DNA of 64,000 nt, from NCBI GenBank assembly GCA_012959275.1, contig DUDM01000042.1:17018-81017 (forward strand), read 5' to 3'. The notes beneath the pieces were generated by a model. The model did no database searches. It saw only the letters and a list, made by a program, of their open reading frames with translations, and was not told the DNA's origin. This DNA is from Candidatus Poseidoniales archaeon. Its GTDB lineage: Archaea > Thermoplasmatota > Poseidoniia > Poseidoniales > Poseidoniaceae. Positions 38,895-47,044 of the stretch are shown piece by piece (positions within the stretch are counted from its first letter, which is position 1; each line of letters opens with the position of its first letter). The translations under genes and the position numbers were made by a program.

Positions 38895-39554
38895 TCAATG
38901 TTCATACTTGACGAGAATCCGTTTCATCAGTTCATCAGCCAATTGATATTCGTTTTTTTCGATTATTATCCCTTTAGGTGTTCTTTCAAGAGAAATGCCA
39001 GTTTTTATCCCAAATTCCTCTAATACTGAATTATCATTTTGTTGAATGAGAATTGAATAAACCGATGCCCTTTCACCTTCTCCAAGGTGCTTAAGCAGGA
39101 CTAATGATTCTGGAACTGAAATATTCACGTCTAGGTCATTGCCGCGTGGGATCTCCTTTCCATCTGGATTATGTGTTGGCTTACCCAATAGTAAATCTAG
39201 AGTTTCTTCTAGTTCATCTGTTAGGGCGTGTTCTAACATACAAGCATTTTCATGAGAATCGCCTTGAAAATCAAGCACATCGATTAGAAAACATTCTGCT
39301 AGACGGTGCTTCTTCTTCATCCTGCGCCCGCACTCTAAGCCTGATTCTGTAAGACGAAGACCCTTGTAAGGTTCATAATCAACTAGTCCTTTTGTTGCCA
39401 ATCTTTGAATCATTTCAGTGGCGCTGGCTGGAGCCACATCCAATGCTTTAGCAACCTCACCAGTTTTGATAATAGTGGTTGGATTAACTTCCCAAAATTC
39501 GTATAGAGTCTCCATGTATTCATCTTCAAATTCCTGAAAATGACCAGAGCCCAC
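38895..39554 (-). CDS. DtxR/MntR-family metal-dependent transcriptional repressor with C-terminal FeoA/SH3-like domain
   Basis: EDEYMETLYEFWE..VAKALDVAPASATEMIQRLATKGLVDYEPYKGLRLTESG..KKKHRLAECFL fits the wHTH plus dimerisation helices of DtxR. GTG start. Confidence 0.8.
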   Translation of the reverse strand: MGSGHFQEFEDEYMETLYEFWEVNPTTIIKTGEVAKALDVAPASATEMIQRLATKGLVDYEPYKGLRLTESGLECGRRMKKKHRLAECFLIDVLDFQGDSHENACMLEHALTDELEETLDLLLGKPTHNPDGKEIPRGNDLDVNISVPESLVLLKHLGEGERASVYSILIQQNDNSVLEEFGIKTGISLERTPKGIIIEKNEYQLADELMKRILVKYEH

Positions 39555-39593
39555 GAATATGCACTGGAGGGTCCCACTTCATCAAGGTGTGCC

Positions 39594-42197
39594 TCAAGAG
39601 ATAAGAGCACGGAATTCAGTTTTACATGCAGGGCAACGAGCGGTGGCTGGTCTTTGTTCGAGTGGGACTCTCAATTTTGCGCTACAAGTAGGGCAGCCAA
39701 GGATATCTTCTGATGAGGAGGATGAAAGTTCTTCATCTACCTCTTCAATTACTTCATCTTCCACTTCATCATCAAAGAAATCTAATTCATCATCCAAGTC
39801 CAATTCTTCATCGAGTTCTTTTTCGGCTAGAACGGGGGTAGGCAAGGTGATGCTTTCAACCTTGAATTGGTGTTTGCAAGATGGGCAGGACACACTGCCG
39901 CTATAGGAGGATGGAACCTTGAGTCCTTGCTGGCAAGAAGTACACGTAATTTCGCGTTTCTCATCGCTGGCTAATGCACTGGACTTCTCCCTCTCTGCTA
40001 ACCTTTCTTCGCGTTCCCTTTCCCGTTTTATTTTACGCTCAGTTCTCTGCTCTGAATCTCCATACCAAGAACTACCTAATCTAATCACTAAGGCAGCACC
40101 AAGGGCAATAGCAAGACCTGTGCCAATAGCCATGAAGGGGAGAAGTTCAGTTGATGATTGCTGGCTTGAAACAGCATCCATGTCAGATAGGAAGGTATTG
40201 CTCGAAGTGAGGATATTGCCATCATTCCAACGGCAGGTCAGTGGGACATCATCACCAGCAGGCCAGGAATCAATAGTGAGTTCCACTTCCTTTGATGTTT
40301 CAACTCTGCCAACATTTACCTCGTCAAATACAGTGCCATCGCTGCCAATTAGTAGCATCATTCCTTCTTTGGACTGTACACCAGCATTACTGATGGTGCA
40401 GAAAATAGACACTTCCCCTCCGTTTTCAGGCCTTTTAGGGGTGCTGAGTGGATTGATAGTTAATTCCAATTCTGGCCTTTGACTAGGCAATGCAAGGGTG
40501 ATGACTTGACTATTTTCAAGGCCCCAATCGATTCTATCAACATCGATATAGACCAAAGCGCTGCCATCGAATAAACCCAAATCTGACTGTAGATTTCTAC
40601 GTCCTGCTTGAAGTTCTAACTGCATCACTAATCTTTCATCACGCTGGCCTTGTACCAATAATCCAATCGATATATCGAGTAATCTTGAGGGGCCATCATC
40701 CATCTCAATGCTCCATGTGGCTTCAATGCCCTCAACAGCATCCCATGTTATGGCTTCAATTTCAATATTGAGGCCTTGTTCTGTTTCAGAATCTATGTTT
40801 TCTATTCCCGATAGATCACTTGAAACTAGAGAATCACTACTCGAAACCTTCCAACTAATATTATGGGAACCATTTGTTTGAACAAGGTGAGAGGAGGTTA
40901 ATTCAAGACTGCTACCAAGAGGTATTGACACCACTTCCCCTTTACTCCATCCTCCATCCTCTTTCAACCATAATGAGGCAGTTGAGTCCGCATCACCATT
41001 ATTGTGAATTAATATAGATGCTAACACTTCATCTCCCACATGCCATGGTCCTCCTGATAATGAAACTCCTTGTCCCCCAGTTAAGATGAGGTTACCTGCA
41101 GTCATTGTAAAAGAATGGCTGGCATTGAGGTTGCTTGAAGTTGAAACTCTAACGCCTTCTTCTATGGCGCAGAATATTTCCCCAGGTCTTGCCTCTGTGC
41201 TAATATTCCATGATTGATTTGTCGAAATAGCGATGGATGTGGAAGCAAATAGTAGAACCGTCTCTTCATCTGCAGCAATGCAACCAATATTGCCGCTCCA
41301 ATCTGCCTCTCCCTGATTTACAAGAAGCAATGTGAATTGGAAATTGTCACCAAGGTCAGGTTCTTCCCCAAGACCTGTTAATGATAGTTGTAATTCTGCT
41401 AATGGGGGTGCAAGAATACTATACGAAAGGTTGTTTGAATCATCACTTGAATCTCCATCACTAAGGTTGGAAAGGCTTGCCTGCACCACTAGTAAGCCCT
41501 CACTTACTTGTGGCAATTGGATGATGACATCGAAAGTTGAATCGGCACTCAGGTTGATACTCTGGTTAACATCAAGAATCACATTCTGTTGACTACTTAT
41601 TACTCTGATAGAGCCGTTCCAACCGATGTCTCCAGCATTGACTATCGGAATGGTCAATCGAACCCAGTCGCCATCTCTGATGCTGCTATTGCCTGTATCA
41701 ACTTGGGAATCATTCACTGGCTCAGCCAACCATTGCGCTAAACTTGCTAAGCCTACATCCAAAGGACGTAAGCGATTACTACTTCCATTCCAGAAATTGG
41801 CATAACCAACTGGTAGAGACTGGCTGATGTCTCCACTCAAACTGAGGTTAATTTGATGTTGACCTGGTTGTATCCCAGTTAGTTCTAATGAAATCGCTTG
41901 ATTGCCGCTGGCGCTTAATTGGACCGCTTCGCTGGCGCTGGCCATGATGACGCCTTCAGATGTTGTTATCACAGCACTCAGGCTTGCATTTGCTGCATTA
42001 TCATCGACTTCTTCTAGGCTCAAGTTTATCCAAATACTGCCAACACCTATGCCGGAATCACCTTCAATGACTACAGAACTAATGTTGATTGCTATTCCGC
42101 CCGCTGGTTCGGCGTTGGCTGCTGGAGCCAATGACATTAGGAGCAGTCCAAAGACTACAGCCAAGGTCAAACTCTGCCCCATCAATCCTTTGGGCAT
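39594..42197 (-). CDS. Large secreted/surface protein (Ig/CARDB-like repeats) with C-terminal TM and cytoplasmic tail carrying two zinc ribbons
   Basis: Signal peptide MPKGLMGQSLTLAVVFGLLLMSLAPAANA. The ectodomain is about 690 aa and beta-rich. TM LPFMAIGTGLAIALGAALVI. The tail holds CTSCQQ..CPSCKHQFKV, an acidic linker, then CPTCSAKLRV..CPACKTEF. Confidence 0.75.
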   Translation of the reverse strand: MPKGLMGQSLTLAVVFGLLLMSLAPAANAEPAGGIAINISSVVIEGDSGIGVGSIWINLSLEEVDDNAANASLSAVITTSEGVIMASASEAVQLSASGNQAISLELTGIQPGQHQINLSLSGDISQSLPVGYANFWNGSSNRLRPLDVGLASLAQWLAEPVNDSQVDTGNSSIRDGDWVRLTIPIVNAGDIGWNGSIRVISSQQNVILDVNQSINLSADSTFDVIIQLPQVSEGLLVVQASLSNLSDGDSSDDSNNLSYSILAPPLAELQLSLTGLGEEPDLGDNFQFTLLLVNQGEADWSGNIGCIAADEETVLLFASTSIAISTNQSWNISTEARPGEIFCAIEEGVRVSTSSNLNASHSFTMTAGNLILTGGQGVSLSGGPWHVGDEVLASILIHNNGDADSTASLWLKEDGGWSKGEVVSIPLGSSLELTSSHLVQTNGSHNISWKVSSSDSLVSSDLSGIENIDSETEQGLNIEIEAITWDAVEGIEATWSIEMDDGPSRLLDISIGLLVQGQRDERLVMQLELQAGRRNLQSDLGLFDGSALVYIDVDRIDWGLENSQVITLALPSQRPELELTINPLSTPKRPENGGEVSIFCTISNAGVQSKEGMMLLIGSDGTVFDEVNVGRVETSKEVELTIDSWPAGDDVPLTCRWNDGNILTSSNTFLSDMDAVSSQQSSTELLPFMAIGTGLAIALGAALVIRLGSSWYGDSEQRTERKIKREREREERLAEREKSSALASDEKREITCTSCQQGLKVPSSYSGSVSCPSCKHQFKVESITLPTPVLAEKELDEELDLDDELDFFDDEVEDEVIEEVDEELSSSSSEDILGCPTCSAKLRVPLEQRPATARCPACKTEFRALIS

Positions 42198-42248
42198 GCA
42201 GGGGTGTGAATACCTTTGTGGCAGTGGTGCACCCTTTAACCAACCTTT

Positions 42249-43136
42249 ATGTCGGTATCTCGCATCGAGCGCCCGTTCAACATGGACCCAGCAGCCCTCC
42301 TTTCAATGCCGAGCGATTTACTCGCCAAGGCTGTGCTCCACCGCAGAGAGCAATTACTGGAGTCCTTACCCGAGCAAATAAGTCAACTAAAGAGCGAACT
42401 AGGAGGTACAAGTCCGGTTGCAACAGAGACTGGAAATAAGCGGGATGATGTCAATACCAAGGTTGCCTCGCTTAAACTTGAGAGAAACAAATACAAGGTC
42501 GAAGCCTTTGATTTAATCCGTCGAAGTAAAGAATTGCGAGAATTATTAATTTCAGAAGGTCGCTTGAAGAATCCCGATCCACAATGGGCCAAAGATAAGT
42601 TGGTCGAACAAATTGCACAAATGGAGCAAGATTTCGAAACTAGAGCCGGAGACCATAAGGCGGAGCGTAAATTCCTCAGGACAATAAAGGAATTAACCAG
42701 TAAGCATCAAGACGAAGTGAAGGCAAGAATTGCGTCAAACCCGGAGTTAGGGGAGTTGAACGAAATACAATCTAAGATTAAACCACTTTTTGAAGCAGCA
42801 GAAAAAGCCCATGATGCAATGGTGGAGTTAGTTGGTGAATCAGATGAGTTGCATACTTCTTGGACATCAGTTGTCGAGGAACAACGAATTTTACATTCAC
42901 GATTATTCAGAGCAGAATCAGCGCTTGAAAACTCGCTAAAGGCAACTGAATACTGGAAGAAACGCTTGCAAGATGGTTTTGGAGACTTAGGCGTCGCTGG
43001 TTTCCCAGACTTATATGCAGCTGCAAATAATATCAAGGAAGGTGGAATGTCGAGTATAGCAATACGCCGTCAAGCCAAATTGGAGAGGGAAGCAAAAGAG
43101 TCCACTAACAAGGCAAAGGAAGGTGAAGAAGAATGA
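42249..43136 (+). CDS. Archaeal coiled-coil protein (COG1340-like), paralog 2
   Basis: 295 aa (alternative ATG at 42282). Heptad-rich. The central block FETRAGDHKAERKFLRTIKELTSK parallels the other paralogs. ATGA overlap with the next gene. Confidence 0.6.
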   Translation: MSVSRIERPFNMDPAALLSMPSDLLAKAVLHRREQLLESLPEQISQLKSELGGTSPVATETGNKRDDVNTKVASLKLERNKYKVEAFDLIRRSKELRELLISEGRLKNPDPQWAKDKLVEQIAQMEQDFETRAGDHKAERKFLRTIKELTSKHQDEVKARIASNPELGELNEIQSKIKPLFEAAEKAHDAMVELVGESDELHTSWTSVVEEQRILHSRLFRAESALENSLKATEYWKKRLQDGFGDLGVAGFPDLYAAANNIKEGGMSSIAIRRQAKLEREAKESTNKAKEGEEE

Positions 43137-45133
43137 GTGATGATGTCTCTTTTTCATCCATTCTTGAGGACGCAACTCCCAATAAGCATGATTTGAAGCG
43201 TCGTTCAGGGATACTGGCTCATCTTCAGAAGTCCCTCGAGAAAAACCACAAAGGTGCGAGTATCAACTTTAGTGGCAACACCTCCCTCGGATTATCTCCA
43301 CGTCGTGGCGGAATCGAATTTTCAGTTTCTATACCAGAAGGAAAAACTGCAACTGCATTTAGCAAGAAATTTTCATGGGAATTGAATGGTAGAGGTCTTG
43401 AGGATGTCATCGTACACGATAATCGTTCAACACCAACAATTCATGGAAAAAACGACCGCACTAGTATTCCGGTTAGAATATCCATCGGCGATGCAACTGC
43501 TGAGAATAAAGTTGCTTTGCTAAGGCTTTTGAGTGATTCTGATAACCGGATTTCCAATTACCTATTGGCTGTTCAAAACTGGGTCCTTCATCGCGACTTA
43601 GCGGAACAATCAGGTGGACTTTCACCCTTTGCTTGGAGTATAGTTGCTTTGACTCACTTGCGTTCAATAAATTTGATTTCAGACCCATTCTTAGCCGATT
43701 CCGGAACTGTTGTTGAAGATGGAAAGAGGAGTCTAGATGTCGGTTTAGTTGAGTCCACTAAAACTATTTGGCAAGGAGGTGATGAGGAAGCGGAGTCGAT
43801 GTTCAAGTCATTCCTAACTTCATTGCAAGCACTCCAATTACCTGCGAAGAAAATCATCTCTCTACGAGTGCCAGACGGTGTTGGAAGAAAAGAATGCAAT
43901 TTCAAAGCACCTGATATTGGCAAACTTTCAGCAAATCAGAGGGTGCCTCATCTGTGGCCAATTCTTGACCCATTCGACCTAACTAAGGATATTTCTGAAT
44001 CACTAACTCTAGAGGGGGCAAAGAGAATTCTTGTTGAAGCCGCAAGAGAAGGCCTCAGTTCCGAAGAACTATTTTCAACTATTAAGGAAGATTTGCTAGC
44101 AGCAGATGAAGACAAAGATTTGTTTGCTGACCTTAGAAGCCGGCCTACTCCTGAAATTGAATCCGAAGCAAAGGAGTTGAGGAAGAGGAAGAGCTTGATA
44201 GAGGCAGAAGTTGATTCTATTAAAGTGGCAAGGCAAGCACAAATCAGGATAGTTGAAGCCTTACGTGGAATCGTCAATGACACAAGCGAGTTGAGAACTG
44301 AACAAAGAAAAATAATCCCTCAGTTAGGAAATAGGCGTAAGGAAATAGATAAATTACGTCAGCAAAGAGATGATATTAACAGTAAAATAGTCTTGCCTAC
44401 CAAAGCAATCGAGGAAGAAATAATTTTGGTTTATGAGAAATTATGTGGCGCGGCAAAGTCATTCCGTTATCCAAGCCCAGAGGAAGAAGTTCGCCTTTTC
44501 ATCTACTTCTTAGAATTACAAGAGATGTTCAAAGCCGCGGTCATTAGTTCAGAATGCCACCATGTATTACAACAATTATCCGGCCAACAAAGGGCTGCAG
44601 TAAAAGAATTGAAATCATTTGAATCAGAGACAGAGTCAATCAAGTCAGATGCTTTGGAAGGAATAACAAGTGCAAAGGAATTGAAAGGAAATTACCACGA
44701 AATGAAGGATATTGACCGGCAAATCGGAAAATTGTTGAGGAATCTGAATTCTAAGCGTGATGACTTAAGAGAGGCCAATCGTGAATTAGGCAGATTAGAT
44801 GCTTGGTTGAGGATACAGAAGAAGGACAGCAATAAGCCAAGCGGAAAGCGCCAAGGAAGTAAGGGTGGAAGTTCAGACAGACCCCATCAAAGCAGAGTTC
44901 CAAAGGTTGACATCAAGGAAGTAAAGAGAAAAGCCGCTAGCGGTGAATCAATGTCTCTGGAAGATTTCGGGGCCTTATTGTCAAGTGGAGGGCTTTCAAA
45001 TATAATCGCAGATGAGCCTCAACCATCGAGAAGCCGGCGAAAGAAATCGAACAAGAAGAGAGTTGGGGCCACATCAGGTAATCGTGGAACAGGTCGACCT
45101 GACCTCGAAGGGCGCGCAAACAAGAGGCGCTGA
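43133..45133 (+). CDS. Hypothetical protein: degenerate PAP/Cid1-like nucleotidyltransferase-like N-terminal half, COG1340-like coiled coil (paralog 3), basic S/R/K-rich tail
   Basis: The N-terminal half aligns by eye to the Pol-beta NTase/PAP-associated pattern (FSGNTSLGLSPRRGGIEFSV; IPVRISIGD; NRISNYLLAVQNWVLHRDL..SGGLSPFAWSIVALTHLR), but the catalytic acidic residues are replaced. The C-terminal half is coiled coil ending SLEDFGALLSSGG, followed by the basic tail. Confidence 0.6.
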   Translation: MSDDVSFSSILEDATPNKHDLKRRSGILAHLQKSLEKNHKGASINFSGNTSLGLSPRRGGIEFSVSIPEGKTATAFSKKFSWELNGRGLEDVIVHDNRSTPTIHGKNDRTSIPVRISIGDATAENKVALLRLLSDSDNRISNYLLAVQNWVLHRDLAEQSGGLSPFAWSIVALTHLRSINLISDPFLADSGTVVEDGKRSLDVGLVESTKTIWQGGDEEAESMFKSFLTSLQALQLPAKKIISLRVPDGVGRKECNFKAPDIGKLSANQRVPHLWPILDPFDLTKDISESLTLEGAKRILVEAAREGLSSEELFSTIKEDLLAADEDKDLFADLRSRPTPEIESEAKELRKRKSLIEAEVDSIKVARQAQIRIVEALRGIVNDTSELRTEQRKIIPQLGNRRKEIDKLRQQRDDINSKIVLPTKAIEEEIILVYEKLCGAAKSFRYPSPEEEVRLFIYFLELQEMFKAAVISSECHHVLQQLSGQQRAAVKELKSFESETESIKSDALEGITSAKELKGNYHEMKDIDRQIGKLLRNLNSKRDDLREANRELGRLDAWLRIQKKDSNKPSGKRQGSKGGSSDRPHQSRVPKVDIKEVKRKAASGESMSLEDFGALLSSGGLSNIIADEPQPSRSRRKKSNKKRVGATSGNRGTGRPDLEGRANKRR

Positions 45134-45171
45134 ATTTGAATAATGAAGCCTTGAAATGGGTATATTCTCCA

Positions 45172-45654
45172 ATGCCGAGTACTTTTTCATTATCTTTTTT
45201 ACAACACTGTAAAGGCTTAATTTTCAAAGCCACTGGCGAATCATATCCCTTGGAATTGATTCGTACTATGCCAGTTGATACATTGGTGGGAAGTTTTTTC
45301 CTCATCCCTGAAACTTATTCTAGACAGCAAGCAATGGATGAATTGAAGGTATTTGGGCTACTATGGTCGATGCGTATCGACGATAATTCTTCTCGGATAT
45401 TGACCTTTTTAATCGCTGAAGAATTCCGAGGGCGAGGTCTTGCATCTGATGTGTGGATTAGGTTTGTTGAAACAGGAATTGCAGAAGGAATACTGAATGT
45501 ATCATTAGAGGTTAGGGAGGAAAACGATATTGCCTATGAATTCTATTTGCGAAGAGGATTGCAAGCCAAAGGAAAATTGTCTCAATATTATCGACAAAGT
45601 GTTGGAGTTGCAATGTTCGGCCCATTACAATGCCCCCAGCCACAATCTCAATGA
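45172..45654 (+). CDS. GNAT-family N-acetyltransferase
   Basis: Acetyl-CoA motif A, LIAEEFRGRGLASDVW, followed by AYEFYLRRGL. An alternative TTG start lies at 45136. Confidence 0.75.
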   Translation: MPSTFSLSFLQHCKGLIFKATGESYPLELIRTMPVDTLVGSFFLIPETYSRQQAMDELKVFGLLWSMRIDDNSSRILTFLIAEEFRGRGLASDVWIRFVETGIAEGILNVSLEVREENDIAYEFYLRRGLQAKGKLSQYYRQSVGVAMFGPLQCPQPQSQ

Positions 45655-46022
45655 CCCCTCTTCATCTGCAGTTGATTGTGCCAATGCGAATCTTGGAGAC
45701 CTTGAGGTCTGATGCCTCTGCTTCTCTTGCAGTTATTATCGATATTGAGGCCTTGCCAATTTTCACTTCTCCTTCAGGTAGTGATGCTTCAGCAATTTCC
45801 GGAAGGTGGGCCGCATTGATGCAGTCTTTGGCCCCAGTGAGTCAGAAATCTGCAAGTGGGCCAATGGAAGAGTTGGTGATTTCAGGAACTGAAGGAGAGG
45901 TTATCGCCAGCCGTCTTGGGGACAGCCATTGGCTATTATTGGTGGTAGACGATAAATCGATGCTCGGTCGAGCAAAGTATGCAATCGCCGAGTCCAAAAG
46001 CCTCTTACAAAGAAAACTCTAG
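45651..46022 (+). CDS. Roadblock/LC7 (MglB-like) domain protein
   Basis: About 123 aa. The pattern ASLAVIIDIEALPIFTS..AAISGRWAALMQSL..MEELVISGTEGEVIASRLGDSHWLLLVVDDKSMLGRAKYAI fits the Roadblock fold consensus. Its ATG overlaps the GNAT TGA (ATGA). Confidence 0.6.
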   Translation: MTPLHLQLIVPMRILETLRSDASASLAVIIDIEALPIFTSPSGSDASAISGRWAALMQSLAPVSQKSASGPMEELVISGTEGEVIASRLGDSHWLLLVVDDKSMLGRAKYAIAESKSLLQRKL

Positions 46023-46702
46023 TCGAAGAGTGGTCCAAGGATAACAGGGCCTTGAGGGCCTACTTCAATCGCTTGCTTTTCCATTGAATGGCGAACGTGG
46101 CGCATCTTCTCAAGTTGGAGTGTGCGCACAATAGTGCCATTTCTACGGTCGAGCCCCAAAGAGATGATGGCATCTGCGAGGAAGCCTTCATTGCCGCCTA
46201 ATTCCGCATGGCTTCCAACATTACGTTCTGTAATAATGAAGACATTGAGATTTTGAGCCCTCAAAAAATCAAAGAATCCGAACATTTTCTTGCGCATTTG
46301 CTCATCGATGGTAGTCAGGCTGTAGATTGCACCTAATGAGTCTAGGACGAAGCAAGTGAATCTGTGACCGTGTTGCTGTTTGAAGTGTTCGATCATTCTG
46401 CGGGTGAATTTGAGATAATCCATGTTTTCATTTTCCCTTCGCAATTCTGTAAAATCGGTGATTTGAAGGTTGTGAGGCAGGTTCAATCCGAATGATTCGC
46501 AAGAGCGCAAGAGGCTATCAACTGATTCTTCAACAGTACAGTAGAGGCCAAATTCTCCAGTTCTTGTTAGGTGGTTTGATAGGAGGGTCATGCAAAACCC
46601 AGTCTTCATTGAGCCAGGTGGGCCTGTAACCAGTGAAAGATAAGGTGGTCTAACGTCGTTTTGAATGACCCGCTCGATTCCTGCAATGCTTCCTAGAAAC
46701 AT
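46019..46702 (-). CDS. KaiC/RecA-superfamily ATPase (single domain) with deviant Walker A
   Basis: IAGIERVI..LSLVTGPPGSMKTGF (Walker A with Met in place of the Gly before Lys). Walker B FVLDSLGAIY. FIITERN and LQLEKMRHVRHS blocks are typical of archaeal KaiC-like proteins. A TTG start at 46738 is also possible. Confidence 0.7.
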   Translation of the reverse strand: MFLGSIAGIERVIQNDVRPPYLSLVTGPPGSMKTGFCMTLLSNHLTRTGEFGLYCTVEESVDSLLRSCESFGLNLPHNLQITDFTELRRENENMDYLKFTRRMIEHFKQQHGHRFTCFVLDSLGAIYSLTTIDEQMRKKMFGFFDFLRAQNLNVFIITERNVGSHAELGGNEGFLADAIISLGLDRRNGTIVRTLQLEKMRHVRHSMEKQAIEVGPQGPVILGPLFD

Positions 46703-46850
46703 GGTGCTCGCCCTAGCCACAGTCGAATAGGACTTCAACTTATGGAGGGGATTGAGTAGTTGCTACACTGTGTTTCTTCGCTAGAGAATCGCAACACTAT
46801 TCAACATTGCACTTTCCAAGATTACTTTCAGTCCAGTTCCACGATTAAAC

Positions 46851-46948
46851 CTGAATAGTAAAGACACATTTTTGGTCCAATTCCCCATAGGCGTTGAATA
46901 TTAATTCAATGCTAATGAAGACTTTGAAACAGTGTAGTTACTATTCAG
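46851..46948. repeat. Perfect 11-bp inverted repeat CTGAATAGTAA / TTACTATTCAG separated by 76 nt in a long divergent intergenic region
   Basis: Read directly at 46851-46861 and 46938-46948. A third copy of the core ACTATTCA lies at 46796-46803. An adjoining imperfect inverted pair is CTACACTGT (46763-46771) / ACAGTGTAG (46930-46938). Confidence 0.6.
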
Positions 46949-46989
46949 CCCTTAGGCGAGTTGGGTTGATAGGGTTCATATGGGGAATG

Positions 46990-47004
46990 CGAGTCGCCGA
47001 CTCG
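46990..47004. promoter_or_regulatory. Palindrome CGAGTCG-C-CGACTCG about 40 nt upstream of the coiled-coil gene start
   Basis: 7-bp arms with a 1-nt spacer, read directly. Its function is unknown. Confidence 0.3.
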
Positions 47005-47044
47005 TCATCAAGGGAACTTGATGATAAGGCTGCGTGGTTTCAAG

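Noticed and set aside
39559-39906. Ser-rich 115-aa ORF on the + strand
   Set aside because: Antisense shadow of the acidic linker and zinc-ribbon tail of the 39594-42197 gene.
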